Assembly: GCF_001194135.2 (NCBI RefSeq)
Contig: NC_068989.1
Coordinates: 69,867,073 to 69,931,072 of the forward strand
Reading direction: 5' to 3'
DNA: 64,000 nt
Source of the DNA: Octopus bimaculoides
Lineage: Eukaryota
Positions 1-13,634 of the stretch are shown here, in pieces. Within the stretch, counting starts at the first letter, position 1. Every line of letters starts with the position of its first letter. The translations under genes and the position numbers were made by a program. The notes beneath the pieces were generated by a model. The model was not told the origin of the DNA and ran no database searches. It saw nothing but the letters and a program-made list of their open reading frames with translations.

Positions 1-369
1 GCATGAAGTACATAAAGAGCCTCCTGGCAAGTCTGCTCTATTTCTACTTCTTGAGCTTCATTCTTCTGTTCTCTCCCTTACTTAGTATATTTTTTCTTCC
101 TTACATTTTTTAATATTTCACTCCTTACTCTTTCCTCATGCACATGCACTTGAAGCCATTTACATTAACTATTGTAATATATAAATGTCACACTCTTATT
201 TTCCCTCTTACTAAAAGAAAAAAAATTGTGTGCTTATGATGTAAAAAGAAAAATTATTACAATTGTTGGCTGAGCTATGTTGTTAATGGCAGCAGTTAAA
301 CGCATCTTAGAGCAATGATTCTTCAGGCCTTCAAGTTCAGTCTGCTTTGGTCAGTTCAACATTCATCAG

Positions 370-1050
370 TGATATACCAAATAACTGAGTACTACTGAGC
401 ATCTAGCTCACAAAAAAGATGTATCAATGAAAGGAATTGTTAGTTTTCATGATCAATTAAATAGATATTAGTATTATATGACACAACTGAATTCCACTGA
501 GTGATCTAGCTTAGAATAAATCAATGAAGAAAACTTTTAACTAATTTTTATTATCAATTTCATGATCAAGAAAAAAATACCAGTAATATATCAAACGAGT
601 ATCACTGAGTATCTAAAAGAGGCTGTATCCCATAAAAGGAATTGTTAATTTTCATGATTTATTTTGGTGATCAATAAAATATACATGAGTAATATACTGA
701 AATGGATGAGTAGCACTAAGTATCTGGTTCAGGAATAAGCCAATGTATCTATGGAAGAAATTGTTAATAAATATATTTTTATGATCAATATGTTGATCGA
801 TTGAGTAATATATTGAGTGACTATCATTGAGAGTGTAGCTCAGAAAAAAGGGGGTATATCAATGAAAGAAATTGTTAATATATAAATTTTTATGACTAGT
901 TAGGTGGACAATTAAATATATACCAGTAATATATCACTGAGAATCTAGTACAAAAAAAAGACACTATATTAATGAAAGGAATTGTTAATTTTCATGATCT
1001 ATTTGGTGATCAAGGAAATAGTAGTAATAAATTTAATTTTCATGATTTTA
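370..1050. repeat. Degenerate tandem repeat, ~108-bp unit, about 6 copies
   Basis: Anchor actgag(n)atctag recurs at about 394, 496, 604, 715, 826 and 936 (spacing 102-111). In most units it is followed by a motif like aatgaaaggaattgttaattttcatgat. Confidence 0.8.
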
Positions 1051-1685
1051 GATGTTTTGAAATAATTAATGTACATACTCAGTTTAAAATTTTCATTTAA
1101 TATTGTTGTTATGGTTATGGATGATTAATGGTATATGAGTTATTGAATTATATTCTCCACTCCTCTTGAAAGCATTTCGCATAAATATTTTATTGATTCT
1201 ATTATGTTAGTAAAGCAATGTTATTATATTTTGCGTGTGAGCGATATCTTCCTACAAGAAGGTCAAAACGAATTTTAATTCAGTATGTATTATTCCAGCT
1301 TCTGCCTTAATACCACAATATCTACATATAAATATTGATTTATTTAGGCAAGGCACTGACCAGGTTCTTCTTCTCCCTTTTCTTGCTTTTTGTTATTGTT
1401 TTAACATAAAGGAATTTTCATATCAACACATTACTGATACCCATTTTATCAACCTCTACCTTACACTATGCAGTAGAAGTAGTTGTATAATGTAAATATT
1501 ACCAATTTCACATACTTAACACGTTGTTTCAATGCCAGGAGCTCTGGTTTTTCATCTGCAAAATAGTGGTGGTCATCCCATGAATCGTTGTGGTTGTTGC
1601 CAGTACCATGTAAATAGCATCTGTGCATCATAGTTGTGGTCGTTGAATTATAGTCATGGTTGTCGCTGGTGTCATGTAACTGGCA

Positions 1686-1840
1686 CCCAAAAACACCCAT
1701 TACATTCCTTGAGTAGTTGATGTTAGGAAGGGCATCCAGCTGTAGAAACCATGCCAAATCAGACCGGAACCTGGTGCAGCTCTCTGGCTTATCAGCTCCA
1801 GTCAAACCATCTAACCCATGCCAGCATGGAGAGTAGACAT
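1686..1840 (+). mobile_element. 3' segment of an RTE-like LINE/SINE tail family (tggcacgtaaaaagcaccc...aggaagggcatccagctgtagaaacc...aacccatgccagcatgg)
   Basis: The same sequence recurs at 11040-11285, 33998-34322 and 61030-61275, usually ending in (ATG)n. Confidence 0.7.
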
Positions 1841-2384
1841 ACACACAAATTTCATTCCTTCTGCCTATAATAGAAAGGATTATTATTGTTATTGGCTGTA
1901 AGGTGTACATATTTTAGAAATGAAATATACACAGAATAACTGAGCCCCTGTCTATATCAAAAGTGTCCACTTTATTTTACACAACCTTGCACATCCTTTG
2001 TGCTCTTTCTCAAATGATCCAAACAGCAAAAGAATCTGATAATGGATTTGGATTGTTCTACAGTAACAGAGGGTGGATTCTGCATTGTATCCTAAATCCA
2101 CTTAAGCAATCATGGTTCAGCCAAATCTAATAAGGAACTAATTAAGATATTTCCTACTTGTTCTAGTTCCTTAATGAATTTTCTCCTGGGTCGTCCATCT
2201 TCATATATAGAATTAGTGGACTATTTATTAAATACACATGACTTCCCTTAGTAATGGCTGTTAATACAATGAGATGACCATCCTCTCACAACATGAGGTA
2301 GAATTAGAAATTTAAATTTGAAATGAAGGTATTATGATGAAAAAGTTGCATAGAAATCGCATTATTTATTTATTTATTCTTTTA

Positions 2385-2770
2385 TTCTGTTACTTGCTTC
2401 AGTCATTTGACTGCAGCCATACTGCAGCACCATTTTCAAGGGTTTTAGTGAAACAATTCGACCTCCAAGACTTTTTTTTAAAGCCTACTACTTATTCTAT
2501 CAGGCCCTTTTGCCAAATCACTAGGTTACAAGGATGTAAATACACCAACACCAGTTGTCAAGCAGTGATGGGGAGACAAACACACACACATACATACATA
2601 CATACACATGGCAGACTTCTTTCAGTTTCCATCTACCAAACCCACTCACAAGGCTTTGGTTGGTCTGAGGTTATAGTTGAAGACACCTGCCAAAGGTGCC
2701 ATGCAGTGGGACTGAACCCAGAACCATGTGGTTGGAAGTAAGCTTCTTACCACTCAGCCATACCTGCACC
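2385..2770 (-). mobile_element. Octopus-type tRNA-headed SINE family 1, tail type A
   Basis: Reverse complement of the head ggctgtgtggtaagaagc...gggttcagtcccactg...ggcaagtgtcttc...ctgaaagaagcc, an internal CA microsatellite and a 3' module. More than 20 related copies in the window. Confidence 0.85.
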
Positions 2771-3034
2771 TATATTTATTTTTTTGTTTAACTATTGCAA
2801 AGTTCTTGCAATTATTAGTCATACTTTCTGCAATTGTGTGTAGATAGTTGTTTGGAGACATCTGGAGGAACAGTGGATATTATGAAATATTTTCACTGAT
2901 TGCATCTTCATATTTGTTAATATCTGTGTAAGATGTCTTTTATCAGACATGTGTTTGTTTCTTCCAGCTCTGTTAGTGCTAACTTTTTATAGTATCAAGA
3001 GGGGCAATATCAGGTGACAGGTAAAGGTTATTAA

Positions 3035-3237
3035 CAATTTAGCAATATTCAGCCCACATATTCTATTTGTTTCATGTTCAAATTGGCCAGATCTGGCCTC
3101 TAAAACATACCCTGCAATGTCATTCTAAAAATGTACATTCGCATCATAGAAATCTCAAAGCTACAGGATAATGGTTAATTCAAAACAAAGTGAATAAAAA
3201 GCATTACCTTCGACCGAATAATCTGAATGCTAAAGGG
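3035..3237. mobile_element. piggyBac-type MITE family A (TTAA sites, CCCTTTAGCATT termini)
   Basis: Ends gaatgctaaaggg|ttaa; TTAA at 3031-3034; homologous to 13423-13634, 19263-19477 and 31078-31747. Confidence 0.75.
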
Positions 3238-3704
3238 TTAATGCTTGCAAATGTGGCACAGCTAAGTTATATATCAGCATGTCTTATTGAGACTGGTGTC
3301 TAAAGATCTTGTATGTGAAGATCTTTACCACACTGGGTACATATAGTCCACAGCTGAATAGCAGAGAGTCAATGCTGTTACTCTGAGTGTCTGAAGACTT
3401 GCATTTCATTGGGAAAATTATTAGAATTTGCAAAATATTCCATGTTCATGCTTCGGTCCTTACATAATTTAAATGTTTCCTGAATATTATGCCATGGTTT
3501 AGAAACACGCCAGAATATTTGGGATACTGGCAGTGTTCCAGCTTTTCAGTCTAAGTTATAAAACCATATTGAGCAAATGCATTTTTTTTCTTTTTGTTTG
3601 ATATTTGATTAAATTGCTTTCACTTATTTAATAACAATATCTGTCTAAAACATTATTAATGCTTGGAAGTGTATGTGTGTGTCTACACTCACACGAAAAT
3701 TATA

Positions 3705-3920
3705 CGATGGGGTACTGAAAAGTTCCTGGTTTTAAGGCTGTTATAAAATGTCTGGCTGGAGGCCCAACCTTCCGAGTTCTTTCACAGAGTGTAGAAAGAC
3801 TGAAGGACCACTACAGTAAATGTGTGAATCTGAAAGGGGAATATGTTAAATAAAATCATAATTAACTGATCCTTTTGTATTTTTTTTACCCAAAGTCAGG
3901 AACTTTTCGGCACCCCCTCA
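3705..3920. mobile_element. Mariner-type MITE, ~215 bp
   Basis: Starts TA|cgatggggtactgaaaagttcctgg; ends caggaacttttcggcaccccctca, an imperfect inverted terminus. Second copy at 62661-62878. Confidence 0.8.
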
Positions 3921-4525
3921 CAAGTGATACAGTGGAAATAGCTGCTCTTATCTACCCATTGTGCATCCTCAAAGAACTCTTTTACATTTTTGTGCTTTTT
4001 TAAATGTGAAGCACATGTTTTTAGATGTAAACTGTACAATAACGTAATCTAATTGGATACTTACAATGACAAATAACGATTGAGTACTGTGCTCACTCAA
4101 CCACCTCCTTGTTGTATACCTGCTCAAGCAGAGCTGACTGGAACTAGAACTTTCAAACACAAATACCAAATTCATTTAAACAACTTTTCTCTTCAATGGG
4201 TGAGGAGTTTAGAGATTCCTGTTATCTTATTTGTGTTTACTGGAGAAAAAAAAAAGTGACTGGTTTATTTTTCTCTATCTGATAGATAAAAATTCATTGT
4301 AAAAATGTATTTTCTCTCTTTTATTCTTTTATTGCTTTTAGTTCGTAGTCTGTGGCCATACTGCAGTAGTGCATTGTTTATTTTTTAATTTCTTTTTATT
4401 TGAAATATTGAATAAAACTTGATAAGTTTATTTTGTAAAAGCAACAAACAAAAAGAAAAAAGACAACACAGGGGAACAAGTTTTAACGACTACTGTATTA
4501 GCTTAATATTCAAAAGGTAGGGAAA

Positions 4526-4562
4526 GTCTTAACATTTCAGACATTAGCCCTTCATCAGAAGA
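4526..4562 (-). ncRNA. Decayed minimal hammerhead ribozyme motif, antisense to TRPM
   Basis: Minus strand reads tctt-CTGATGA-A-gggc-taat-gtct-GAAAtGTT-aaga. Three C-to-T reversions restore gggc/gccc-GAAACGTT. Confidence 0.5.
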
Positions 4563-5168
4563 AAAACATAGGAAGGGTAAGGAAGAGAAAAAGAAAAAAG
4601 AAAAATTCATGTGAAGGATTAGAAGAGTGGGAATACAGTTCTATGAGTAATTTTATAGGTAAATTTATAACTTTATTGTAAGCATCAGCATCAAACCGTA
4701 ATTAATTTGGATGTATCACAATTCCATTTCATTGCTGGTCTATATAAATGTGCAAACCAAAACTTGTCTACTGAACAAAATTAATTTCATATTTCAGTGT
4801 TGCGCTTGTTTGGAAAGAGATTTGATCTGCAATCACATATTCAAAATATAACAATTACATTGTAGTAGCCACAGTAGCCATTTAAAGCACATTGTTCATT
4901 GAATTGATATATTCACTTTGTTTCATTTTGTATTAATATTCTATATTATAGAATATGAACATCTTTTGTTATTCATTTATGAGCTAGTCACTGATATTTT
5001 ATTTTACTATATAAGAATCATCAAAATGAAATTTTAATGTTGCAACGTTTTTGCACGTTTTGCAAAGAGAAGTGATGTGCTAATTGCTTAAATTTGATAT
5101 ATTCTTGCTTGTATTAACAAGAGTGGATAGGTTTGTGAATTTATTCTCTTTTTAGCTGAAATAGTTCT

Positions 5169-5201
<33 letters not shown>

Positions 5202-5205
5202 CCAG

Positions 5206-5422
5206 TATGTTCGGCTGAGCAGTTTTGACAGTAAAGTAGAGCATATTTTGGAATTGTTACAAAAGTTTTGGGGGCTTGACTTGCCTAAACTGCTGATCAC
5301 AGTGCATGGTGGAATATTAAACTTTGATCTCCAGCCCAAACTGAAACGTGTTTTCCGGAAAGGCCTCCTGAAAGCTGCCAAAACAACAGGTGCCTGGATA
5401 GTAACAGGAGGAACCAATACTG
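5206..5422 (+). CDS. TRPM: TRPM channel internal exon 1 of window (YVRLSSFD...[12 protein letters not shown]), SLOG/MHR1 region
   Basis: Poly-T tract plus ccag acceptor ending at 5205; donor G|gtatgt at 5423; 217 nt, phase 0 to 1. Translation [72 protein letters not shown] matches the TRPM motif LPKLLIsVHGG...KGLiKAAxTTGAWI. Confidence 0.97.
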
Positions 5423-5799
5423 GTATGTTTACTATTAACTGTTTTTATTTCCTTCACAATTATGGTGTTAGCTGACAACTACGAAACTTATGAGACACAA
5501 ACTGTACACCCACAGATCAATGACTGGACGTATTTTCTTCTATGGATTTGGCAGGAAAATATACCAATTTGAAACTTTGAATGGCTGGAATTTTTCCGTA
5601 AATATGCAATATCCTGGCTCATAATCATTCAATATTGAATGTACAAGTAAACTTCTCTTATACATTTAAAAATAAAACAAGAAAAACTCAAATACAATTT
5701 TCCTACCACCAATACATTACCAATAATCTCTGAAACCACAATCAATCACAAAATAAACTATTCAAATACTACTAACATGCAATAATCATATAGATGTAT

Positions 5800-6235
5800 C
5801 ATAATCATCATCGTCATTGTTTTAACAGCCACTATTCCTTGTTTGTATGGATTAAGCAGAATTCTTTGAGGCAGGATTTTTAAACCTGGATACCCTTCCC
5901 TTTGCCAGCCCTCACTTCCAAGCAGGGTAATATTTTCCATGATTAGGCATGTTTTCATGGAAGACTGAAAACATATCACTTGTATGATGAGGATACTCAT
6001 TTATAGCTGTCATACATTGCCAAGACAAGGAGGTGCACGTGCACACACATGCACATGTATATATGTATATATATGTATATATATATATACACACACACAC
6101 ACACGCATAGATATATAATGGGCTTCTTTCAATTTCTATCCACCAAATCCTCTCACAAGGTTTTGGTCAGCCTGAGGCTGTAGTAGAAAACACTTGCCCA
6201 AGATGTTACGCAATGGGACAGAAACCAAATATTTG
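5800..6235 (-). mobile_element. SINE family 1, tail type B
   Basis: Head (ctaccaaatcc...aaggttttgg...cacttgcccaag), microsatellite and the ccaagcagggtaatatttt module shared with 12535, 17050, 21165, 52880 and 61400. Confidence 0.8.
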
Positions 6236-6329
6236 ACAGTACTTTGAGTGCTGAAGGGTTAAAAGAGGGACCTTGTAAAATATAATCAGAGTAGTCTCAG
6301 GTAGATTGGTATTAAGAGTTCATTAGTTT

Positions 6330-7260
6330 GGATCAGTGTCTTCCATTTGGATTGTATTATAGGAGTATGTGCTGATACAGCTCTTTCTGACACATGCTCT
6401 ATCAGCATTCATGTACTGTAAAGTTCAGTTTTACTTCACATACTCATCCTTCTATCTTACAGATAATACCATGCTTCATTTAACCCTAAAGTATTACACA
6501 AGAGCATCATCCACATTCAGCCTAGATATCTCATTAAGATTCTCCTTTGCCTCAATGAACAGAGACTTTGAATGTATCCCTTCATTGGGATTTTTTGGCA
6601 ATCTACTTCTTCAACAGGCAAAAGACACAATCACTACACATACCAAAAAACTAATATCACACTCACTTTGTCACCTTCAGCATGACCAGCACACCTTCAC
6701 AGTTGCTTCAAATGCTAAGCTTCGCTTTTAAAGATCTGTCCTGGTGAATGCACATCTTCAATATAGCAAAGACTGAAGCTAGAAAATACTTCATCCCTAA
6801 CAACTTCTAAGCCTCTATAAAGCTCAGCTGAGACCTACAAATTAATACTGACTCTACATTTGGGATGGTGCTGCTGCTATGTAAACATAGTTATCTTAGA
6901 TTACATTCAAGGAAAGACCATTTGAGTGATTAGTATGAGAATTGCTCACAAACTTCTGGCCCACAGATGTAGTATGTTATCTCTTCTCTCTGCTCTCTGT
7001 ATTACTTCTACAGTGACCTTTGACTTTTGAAGGTAGCTGATCTCATGCTCTCTCTATTCAGGCACTCCCAACTTATTCATCTTTCTCCCTCTTGTCATGC
7101 ATGTTGTCCCTACCCTTTTCCAGGACCTAGACTGACTATGCCCAATCCCTCCTCACCAGAAAACCAAACCCTTTGGAATTTTCTCCCTGCATATGTTTTA
7201 CTTCCAACCACTGATTGCAACAGTTTTAGCAGAATGTTAATGGCATAAATTTAATTAGAT
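6330..7260 (+). pseudogene. Decayed non-LTR retrotransposon ORF2 3' fragment (CR1/L2-like group)
   Basis: 6813 onward reads LYKAQLRPTN*Y*LYIWDGAA (consensus LYKAQvRPxmEYcshiWxGa); TLWNFLPAYV near 7170 (consensus tLWNsLP). Multiple stops and frameshifts. Confidence 0.65.
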
Positions 7261-8340
7261 AATGGTTACAGCTCTTTTCTCTAGACTAAACCAATAATAA
7301 AAACCATGATACGATACCAGGCACTGGCTCTCATGGCTTTTGATCTTAACTTATTGGAAATGCTATCAGGTACATATTTTGTCTTGTATAAAAGATGGGC
7401 TACAGCAAATATTCTATACAATACCACAGATTTGCTTGTCAGTTGTTTGACCGTAACCAGTTGAGCATGTCCATTAGTGGCTAATGATATGTGCATCTCT
7501 GATCATGAACAGTAGTGGGGGAGCATCATAGCCATGTGTTGAGAGGAATTCTTTCAGATTTGAATAATTTGGACTCAGAATGTAAAGATGGACAAAATGC
7601 TGCTAAGCCTCTTGTCTGGAATGCTAACAGTTCTACCAGCACACCACAACTACCACCACCACCACCACAACAACAATAATGATTTTACTTTTTGACAAAC
7701 AGTCAGCAATTTTAGGGAAAGAAGTAAGTTGGTTACATCAACACCAGTAAATGGCTGTTCTTTCTTTTTTTTTTTTAAACACCAAAAGGATGAAAGGAAA
7801 AGTCAATAATAATAATGACTCACTTTTGGTTATTGAAATCTGTTAGGAGGTTTTGGTTCCCATTAGTAGAAACCAAATAGTTCTGAGAGCTATTTGATTT
7901 CTAGTAAGAAACATTTCTTATAATGTTGACAGTCTCAAGACTCAAGAACGATTGAGACTTCTCATCTTCCTTTTGTGTCAAAATAAAGAATAAAATACTT
8001 GTAAGAAAATCTTATAAAGCATTATTATTCAACTTGGAGCATTTTGTTCTGCTAATCTTTGTGATGTCACTATGTTTAGCATGGAGAATTATATGAAGCC
8101 ATAAAAAAATCATTGCCAAACAGAAAAGAAAAAAAAAACCCATTCAAGATATTAGATTAGAAAAAAGAAACCAGACTGTAAACCAATAAAGTTATATGTT
8201 ATGTCATTTTGTGAATATATTTTATTAATTTTATTGCTTGTATTTATTCATTTCGTTCTTTAAAAAAAACAAAAATGTATGAGTATTCCAGTCCTTATGT
8301 AATCTCTTTGCTTGAATACTATACACACTATTATACACCT

Positions 8341-8381
<41 letters not shown>

Positions 8382-8451
8382 CAACATTTAATGTCCCTTT
8401 ACCATGCTGGCATGATATACATATATGTCTCTCTGTGTGTGTATATATATG

Positions 8452-8527
<76 letters not shown>

Positions 8528-11039
8528 TACATGCAGTCTTATATATCCTTCAATAAGTCTGTGCATCCTATTCCTCTGAAGATTAAGTATTATTTATATA
8601 TTCAAACTGAAATTTCTATTTTTATCTTTGGTAAACAATATCAATTCCTAAACGCTCCAATAGTATTTCTTTAAATTCTTGCTTATTGTTTAATTGTTTA
8701 ACCTCTGTTGTTCAATCACTTTTTGATATCTCAACTGACCTTTTATCCACAAAGTAAATACAACTCAAGAAGTATTTAAAAGAAAATTTCATTTATATGT
8801 ATTACATAAATAGGAAATGTAGCTTAGTCTTTATATATCTTTTTGGATGTTTTTCTGTAGTGATTAAATTTTTATAGTTGAAGGTGCTTTCTTTGTTTTA
8901 TTATGTCTTTATTGTCAAAAAAATGTATGCTCTTTGTAACAGTTAGTGAAATCTTAAAATCTCTTGTTTATTGCAAAATAGATCCTTTGTTTACATCAGC
9001 CTTGCATTGTTTAATTCCACCCTGACTGCTTTTGTCAGTCATTGTTCTAATTAGCTTAGTATTTTTGCACATTCATTAAAATAAAGAAAATAACATGTAC
9101 AACAAGTGTCAAATGCTGTGTTGTAATATAAAAGAAGCTGAGCTAATGTAATATGTCTTTTGGAATTTACTGTCACATCAGAGAAAGTATTGATCCAATA
9201 TATTGTAATTTAATTTAATTAACATAGTCTTCTTTTTTTTAAAGGGTTTTCTCCATTACTAATTATCTAATTTTGATGCTTTAATTTATTTTGGTTCTTA
9301 GTTACTTAGTCCTTTCATCTGCTGCACCTACATTACATTTAGTTGTATCAGAAATTGTTTTCATTAGTAATCTTTTTCTTTCTTTTTTTTTTGTTTGCTT
9401 AGTTTAAATTCAATTTATCAATAGTTCTTTAGGTTACTGTTGTCTTTTTTTTTTATATTGATTTTTTTTTTTAACAAGGGTGGCTTTCAAACTCAGAGCA
9501 ACATATGATACGGTTTCTTAATAAAAAGATAAAAAGAGTAAATGTGTATTCATCATACTCTCTGATGTAGGAAATAGTCAATTGTTTGATGTTTAATGAT
9601 CAGAGATATCCACAATTGAGTGATCATACACCTATTGATTTCAGAAGTAGTTGAGATAAGAATTGTGACGTTGATACGATTCCCAAGTATATTGGCAAGA
9701 TAAGTTTTAGTGAAAGAGCTACTTGTAAGAATCAAAAGCAAGTTATAAATTCAGCTTGATGAAAGCATACCTCCTCCTTGACATCCCAGTAGTTTTTTTT
9801 ATGCAGCTGTTTAATCTATATGATGCTAGATTTCGTTGGTTATGTCTAAAAAGCATCTTTTAAGTAATGGGTTTATATTATTTTATTTTAACTATTTTTG
9901 TGTCTTAATTCTTTCACTCACAGCAGTGTATCCTGTAAGAGGCATCAGTAAATCTATTCTTTCTTTGTTGAGCTATATTTAGCAGTTGTAATCTACAATA
10001 ACATTTACATATTGATCAGCATTAAGATTTTATTTCTATCATATAATTTCATTATTGATTTTGTACTCTGTTCTACTCAAATTTTTCTTCATATAAAGAT
10101 GAGTAGAATTCTTATTTTAGAATTTCAGAAGTCAAAAGATTGATTCAAATATGCAGGAAAGTTACTAGATGGTGATTTTATCAGTTACCATGATAAGTTC
10201 TTTGAATAAACCAGAAATGCAACAGAAAACGCAATAGAAAATGTTACTAAAATAAATACTTTTATGTATGTTGTATTGGATATTCTATAGTTGCTGTATA
10301 TTGTGACATTAATTACTAACACTAGATGTATGTGAGACCACAAAAGTCCTATGTACATATGTGCTTGCCATTTTGTATTAGAGGTGGATGAAATGACTTC
10401 ATTAGTTAACTTATGAAGTGTATAATATGTATGTGATTGGTTATTGACACATATGGAAATGTGTATTACAGCAAATTTCACACTTAAGTTACTATAATCA
10501 GCTGTCATCAATAAGAATCTGCCTTCTCGTGTTAAAAGATAAATCTGCTGAGGCCTTTCTGAAAATCATTATCCAATTTGAAAGATATCGTAAGACTTAT
10601 GAAACCAGATGTGAATGATAAATTGGATTTATTTCTATTAAGTCCAAAAGATAAGGCAGCCATTTACTTGCTGTAGAAATATACTCAATGAACAAATAAA
10701 ACTAAATTCATTGAATCAGCTGCCTGAACAACCTATTAATGATTTTGTCATTTCTCTCAGACAAATATTGCAAATTTTTGAAAAAGGGACTGTTAGAAAT
10801 TCTTTTTGCCAAGGACTAAGCAATTAAAAGACAGTTTACCATATATTTGTCTTGTCTCATCAAGCAGGAGAAACCTTCACATTGCTGGATGCTGTTTCTC
10901 CAATCCTGATGGAAGAGTTCACTATTGGTATTATGGACAGCATTGCTATGAATGACTATTATCTTTATCTTGTTGTTGTGGGGGGAATAAATTTCAAGTT
11001 AGGCATAAAACTTATTTTTAAGGTGCCATGTAAAAAGCA

Positions 11040-11285
11040 TTGGTGATGTTGCCACATAAATAGCACTGGTGATGGTGCCAAGTAAAAAGCACCTGTGACC
11101 TTGCCACATTAAAAATCACCCAGTACATTCTGTAAAGTGGTTGACATTAGGAAGAGCATCTAGCTGTAGAAACCATACCGAAACAAATTATGGAACCTGG
11201 TGTAGCCCCTGGCTTTACCAGCACATGTCGAGCAATCCAACCCATGCTGCTGACATGGAAAACAGATATTAAAAATGATGATGAA
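11040..11285 (+). mobile_element. RTE-like tail element copy
   Basis: ccatgtaaaaagca tandems, aggaagagcatctagctgtagaaacc, aacccatgctg...aaatgatgatga tail. Confidence 0.75.
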
Positions 11286-12534
11286 CATATCCATAGACTC
11301 TGTTCTGATGTAGATAAACAATGAACAATGCCTCAACCTTTTTGATACCAACCTGTCTGAAACTACATTTGAATCTATAAGACAAACACCTTGTTTGAAA
11401 GTGGACTAAATTAAAACCTTCCATCAAAATTTGTTACCACATTTCAACAGAAATGTGGTAACAAAAATGCTAAAAGGTGACAGGAGATTTTACAAAGCGA
11501 TATTGAAAATCAGTATCATCTACCTGTCAAATACTTGAGTGGAAATTTCTTTCTGGCACCATAAATGAGCGCAATCAATAGTAGTCATGAAAAAAAAAAA
11601 AAAAAAAAAATGGGGTTGATATTAAATTATAATCTAAATTATGTCAAAAATTGAGGACTCTTTTCCATGCTTGCTTGGGCCAGATTGAATTTGTTGACAC
11701 AGATATTAGATATTTCTACAGCTAGATGTTTTTCCTGTCACCAACTCTTACCTGTTTTCAGACATGCTTTTACAGATGTGAATGACATTACTTATATGAT
11801 GGTGAGACTCATTTACAACTACCACACAATGTCAAAACAAAGAGACACACACACACACACACACATTTATATATGTCAGGCTTCTTTTCAGTTTCCATCT
11901 CCTGAATCCACTTGTAACACTTTGGTTGGATTAAGGCTATAGTAACAGATGCTAGCCCAAAGTGTTATGCAATGAGACTGAATCCAAAACCATGTGGTTG
12001 AGAAGCAAACTTTTTAACCACACAGCCAACAGATGGAAGCATTGAAGTAAAATAAAATCACTATTAGGTACTTTCTTTAATTAGATAGTTTATTTCTTGC
12101 CTTTGGATTTACAGTCATCCACCAAACAGCTTTGAATATTGTAGTATAATGTTTTTGTGTCTAAAATTAAACTAGTGAATGATATAACAAGTAAAATATC
12201 GAGGTGAACAGAATTTGATAACACTAGAGGGGTTTCAGGGCCATTAAACTTAAATGCAATTAAAGAATGCTCAGACATGCAACTTGGTTCATATAACATT
12301 CAGATATTGACTGTGTATATAATAGTAACTGCTGTTTGTATAACTTTTCTGTGTCAAATATCAGCTTTGCATATTATTGTAATTCAGGAATTTATTAAGC
12401 TATACTGACACCATCACAACATGGGCTTTGAATGATTCACTGGTTCAATGACTAGATATTATGTTTAGCAGTATTAGTATTGATAGAATTGTCAATGCCT
12501 CCGCTGTCAACTAAAGCTTGCAGTGATTGATTTT

Positions 12535-12925
12535 TCATCATCATTGTTGCTGCTTTTAATGCCCATCTTTCCATGCTAGCAAGAGTTGGACAGAATTTAT
12601 TGAAGTGGATTTTCTATGGCTAAATGCCCTTCATGTCATCAACCCTCACCTGTTTCTAAGCAAAGTAATATTTCCATGTGACCAAACCTGTTTTCATGGA
12701 AAATATGAAACAAATGGCATTGTCTCTATGATGGTGACATTTGCTTACTACTATTATGTGATATAAAGATGGGGAGGCACAGTCATTCACACACATATCT
12801 AAATATATATGTCAAGCTTCTTTCAATTTCCATCTACCAAATCCAGTCAGAAGGCTTTGGTCAGTTCTGGGATATATTAGAATACACTTGCCCAATATGC
12901 CTCACAGTGGGATTGATCCCATAAG
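12535..12925 (-). mobile_element. SINE family 1, tail type B
   Basis: (cat)n-ended tail, ctaagcaaagtaatattttcc module and head ending cagtgggattgatccc. Confidence 0.75.
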
Positions 12926-13422
12926 TCCCATCGCATGGCATATTCTGCAATCATTGGGACTTTCAGATTCAGCCTTACTGCATTGAGAATTCTTTAGAAT
13001 ATCAAGCATTGCATGAGACTACAAAGGTAGTTCTATTTAAAGCTGAAAAATCTTTACAAATTGGTTTATCACCTTCTTTATAATTTCATCCTGCAGGGTT
13101 TTCATCTGATTTGCACACTTGAGAAAAATATCGCTTTTTTATCTTCACACCTGAGAAAAATGCTATCTTTTGTTGAACATTTTCTCTGGACATGTCTATA
13201 CTCCCCCTTGAAAAATAAGTAACACCTCCTAATTCAGGCATAAGGCCAGCAATTTTGAGAGGAGAGGGCACTTAGTTTATACCATCAATCTTTGTACTAG
13301 ATGGGTACGTTATTTCATTGAACCCCAGAGGGATGAAAGGCAAAGCTGACTCCTGTAGAATTTGAACTCAGAAGATAAAGAGTTGAAAGAAATAACACAA
13401 GGCATTTTTCCCATTGCTTTAT

Positions 13423-13634
13423 CCCTTTAGCATTTAGATTTCTCTATCAAATGTAATGCTTATTTATTCACATTATTTTGAATTAATCTTGCATTATCTT
13501 ATAACTTTGAGGATGTGATTATTTAGTTTTAGGATGACATTGTAGTGTAGGTGTGAGAGGTCAGAACCAGTCAGCTTGAATGTAAAACAGATAGAATATT
13601 TGGGCCAGATATAGCCAGTTTAAATGCTAAAGGG
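13423..13634. mobile_element. piggyBac-type MITE family A
   Basis: ccctttagcattt ... aaatgctaaaggg|ttaa; 212 bp; inverted termini. Confidence 0.85.

Noticed and set aside
1461-1910. 149-aa minus-strand ORF
   Set aside because: It overlaps an RTE-like tail repeat, has no recognisable domain and shows no splice support.
2960-3025. Short AG...GT segment (tatag|TATCAAGAG...ACAG|gtaaag) as a possible upstream exon
   Set aside because: The 28-nt segment has no similarity to the expected FGTIEFQGG-type exon and ends in the wrong phase for exon 1.
8260-8579. ORFs rich in YI/CV/HT repeats (also 14988-15231, 35881-36191, 45947-46191, 56757-56981)
   Set aside because: They are translations of (TA)n and (CA)n microsatellites, not proteins.
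10760-11046. ctctcag followed by LKKGLLE-like codons, plus a 64-aa ORF
   Set aside because: Stops occur in all frames soon after the acceptor, there is no donor, and the TRPM frame needs no exon here.
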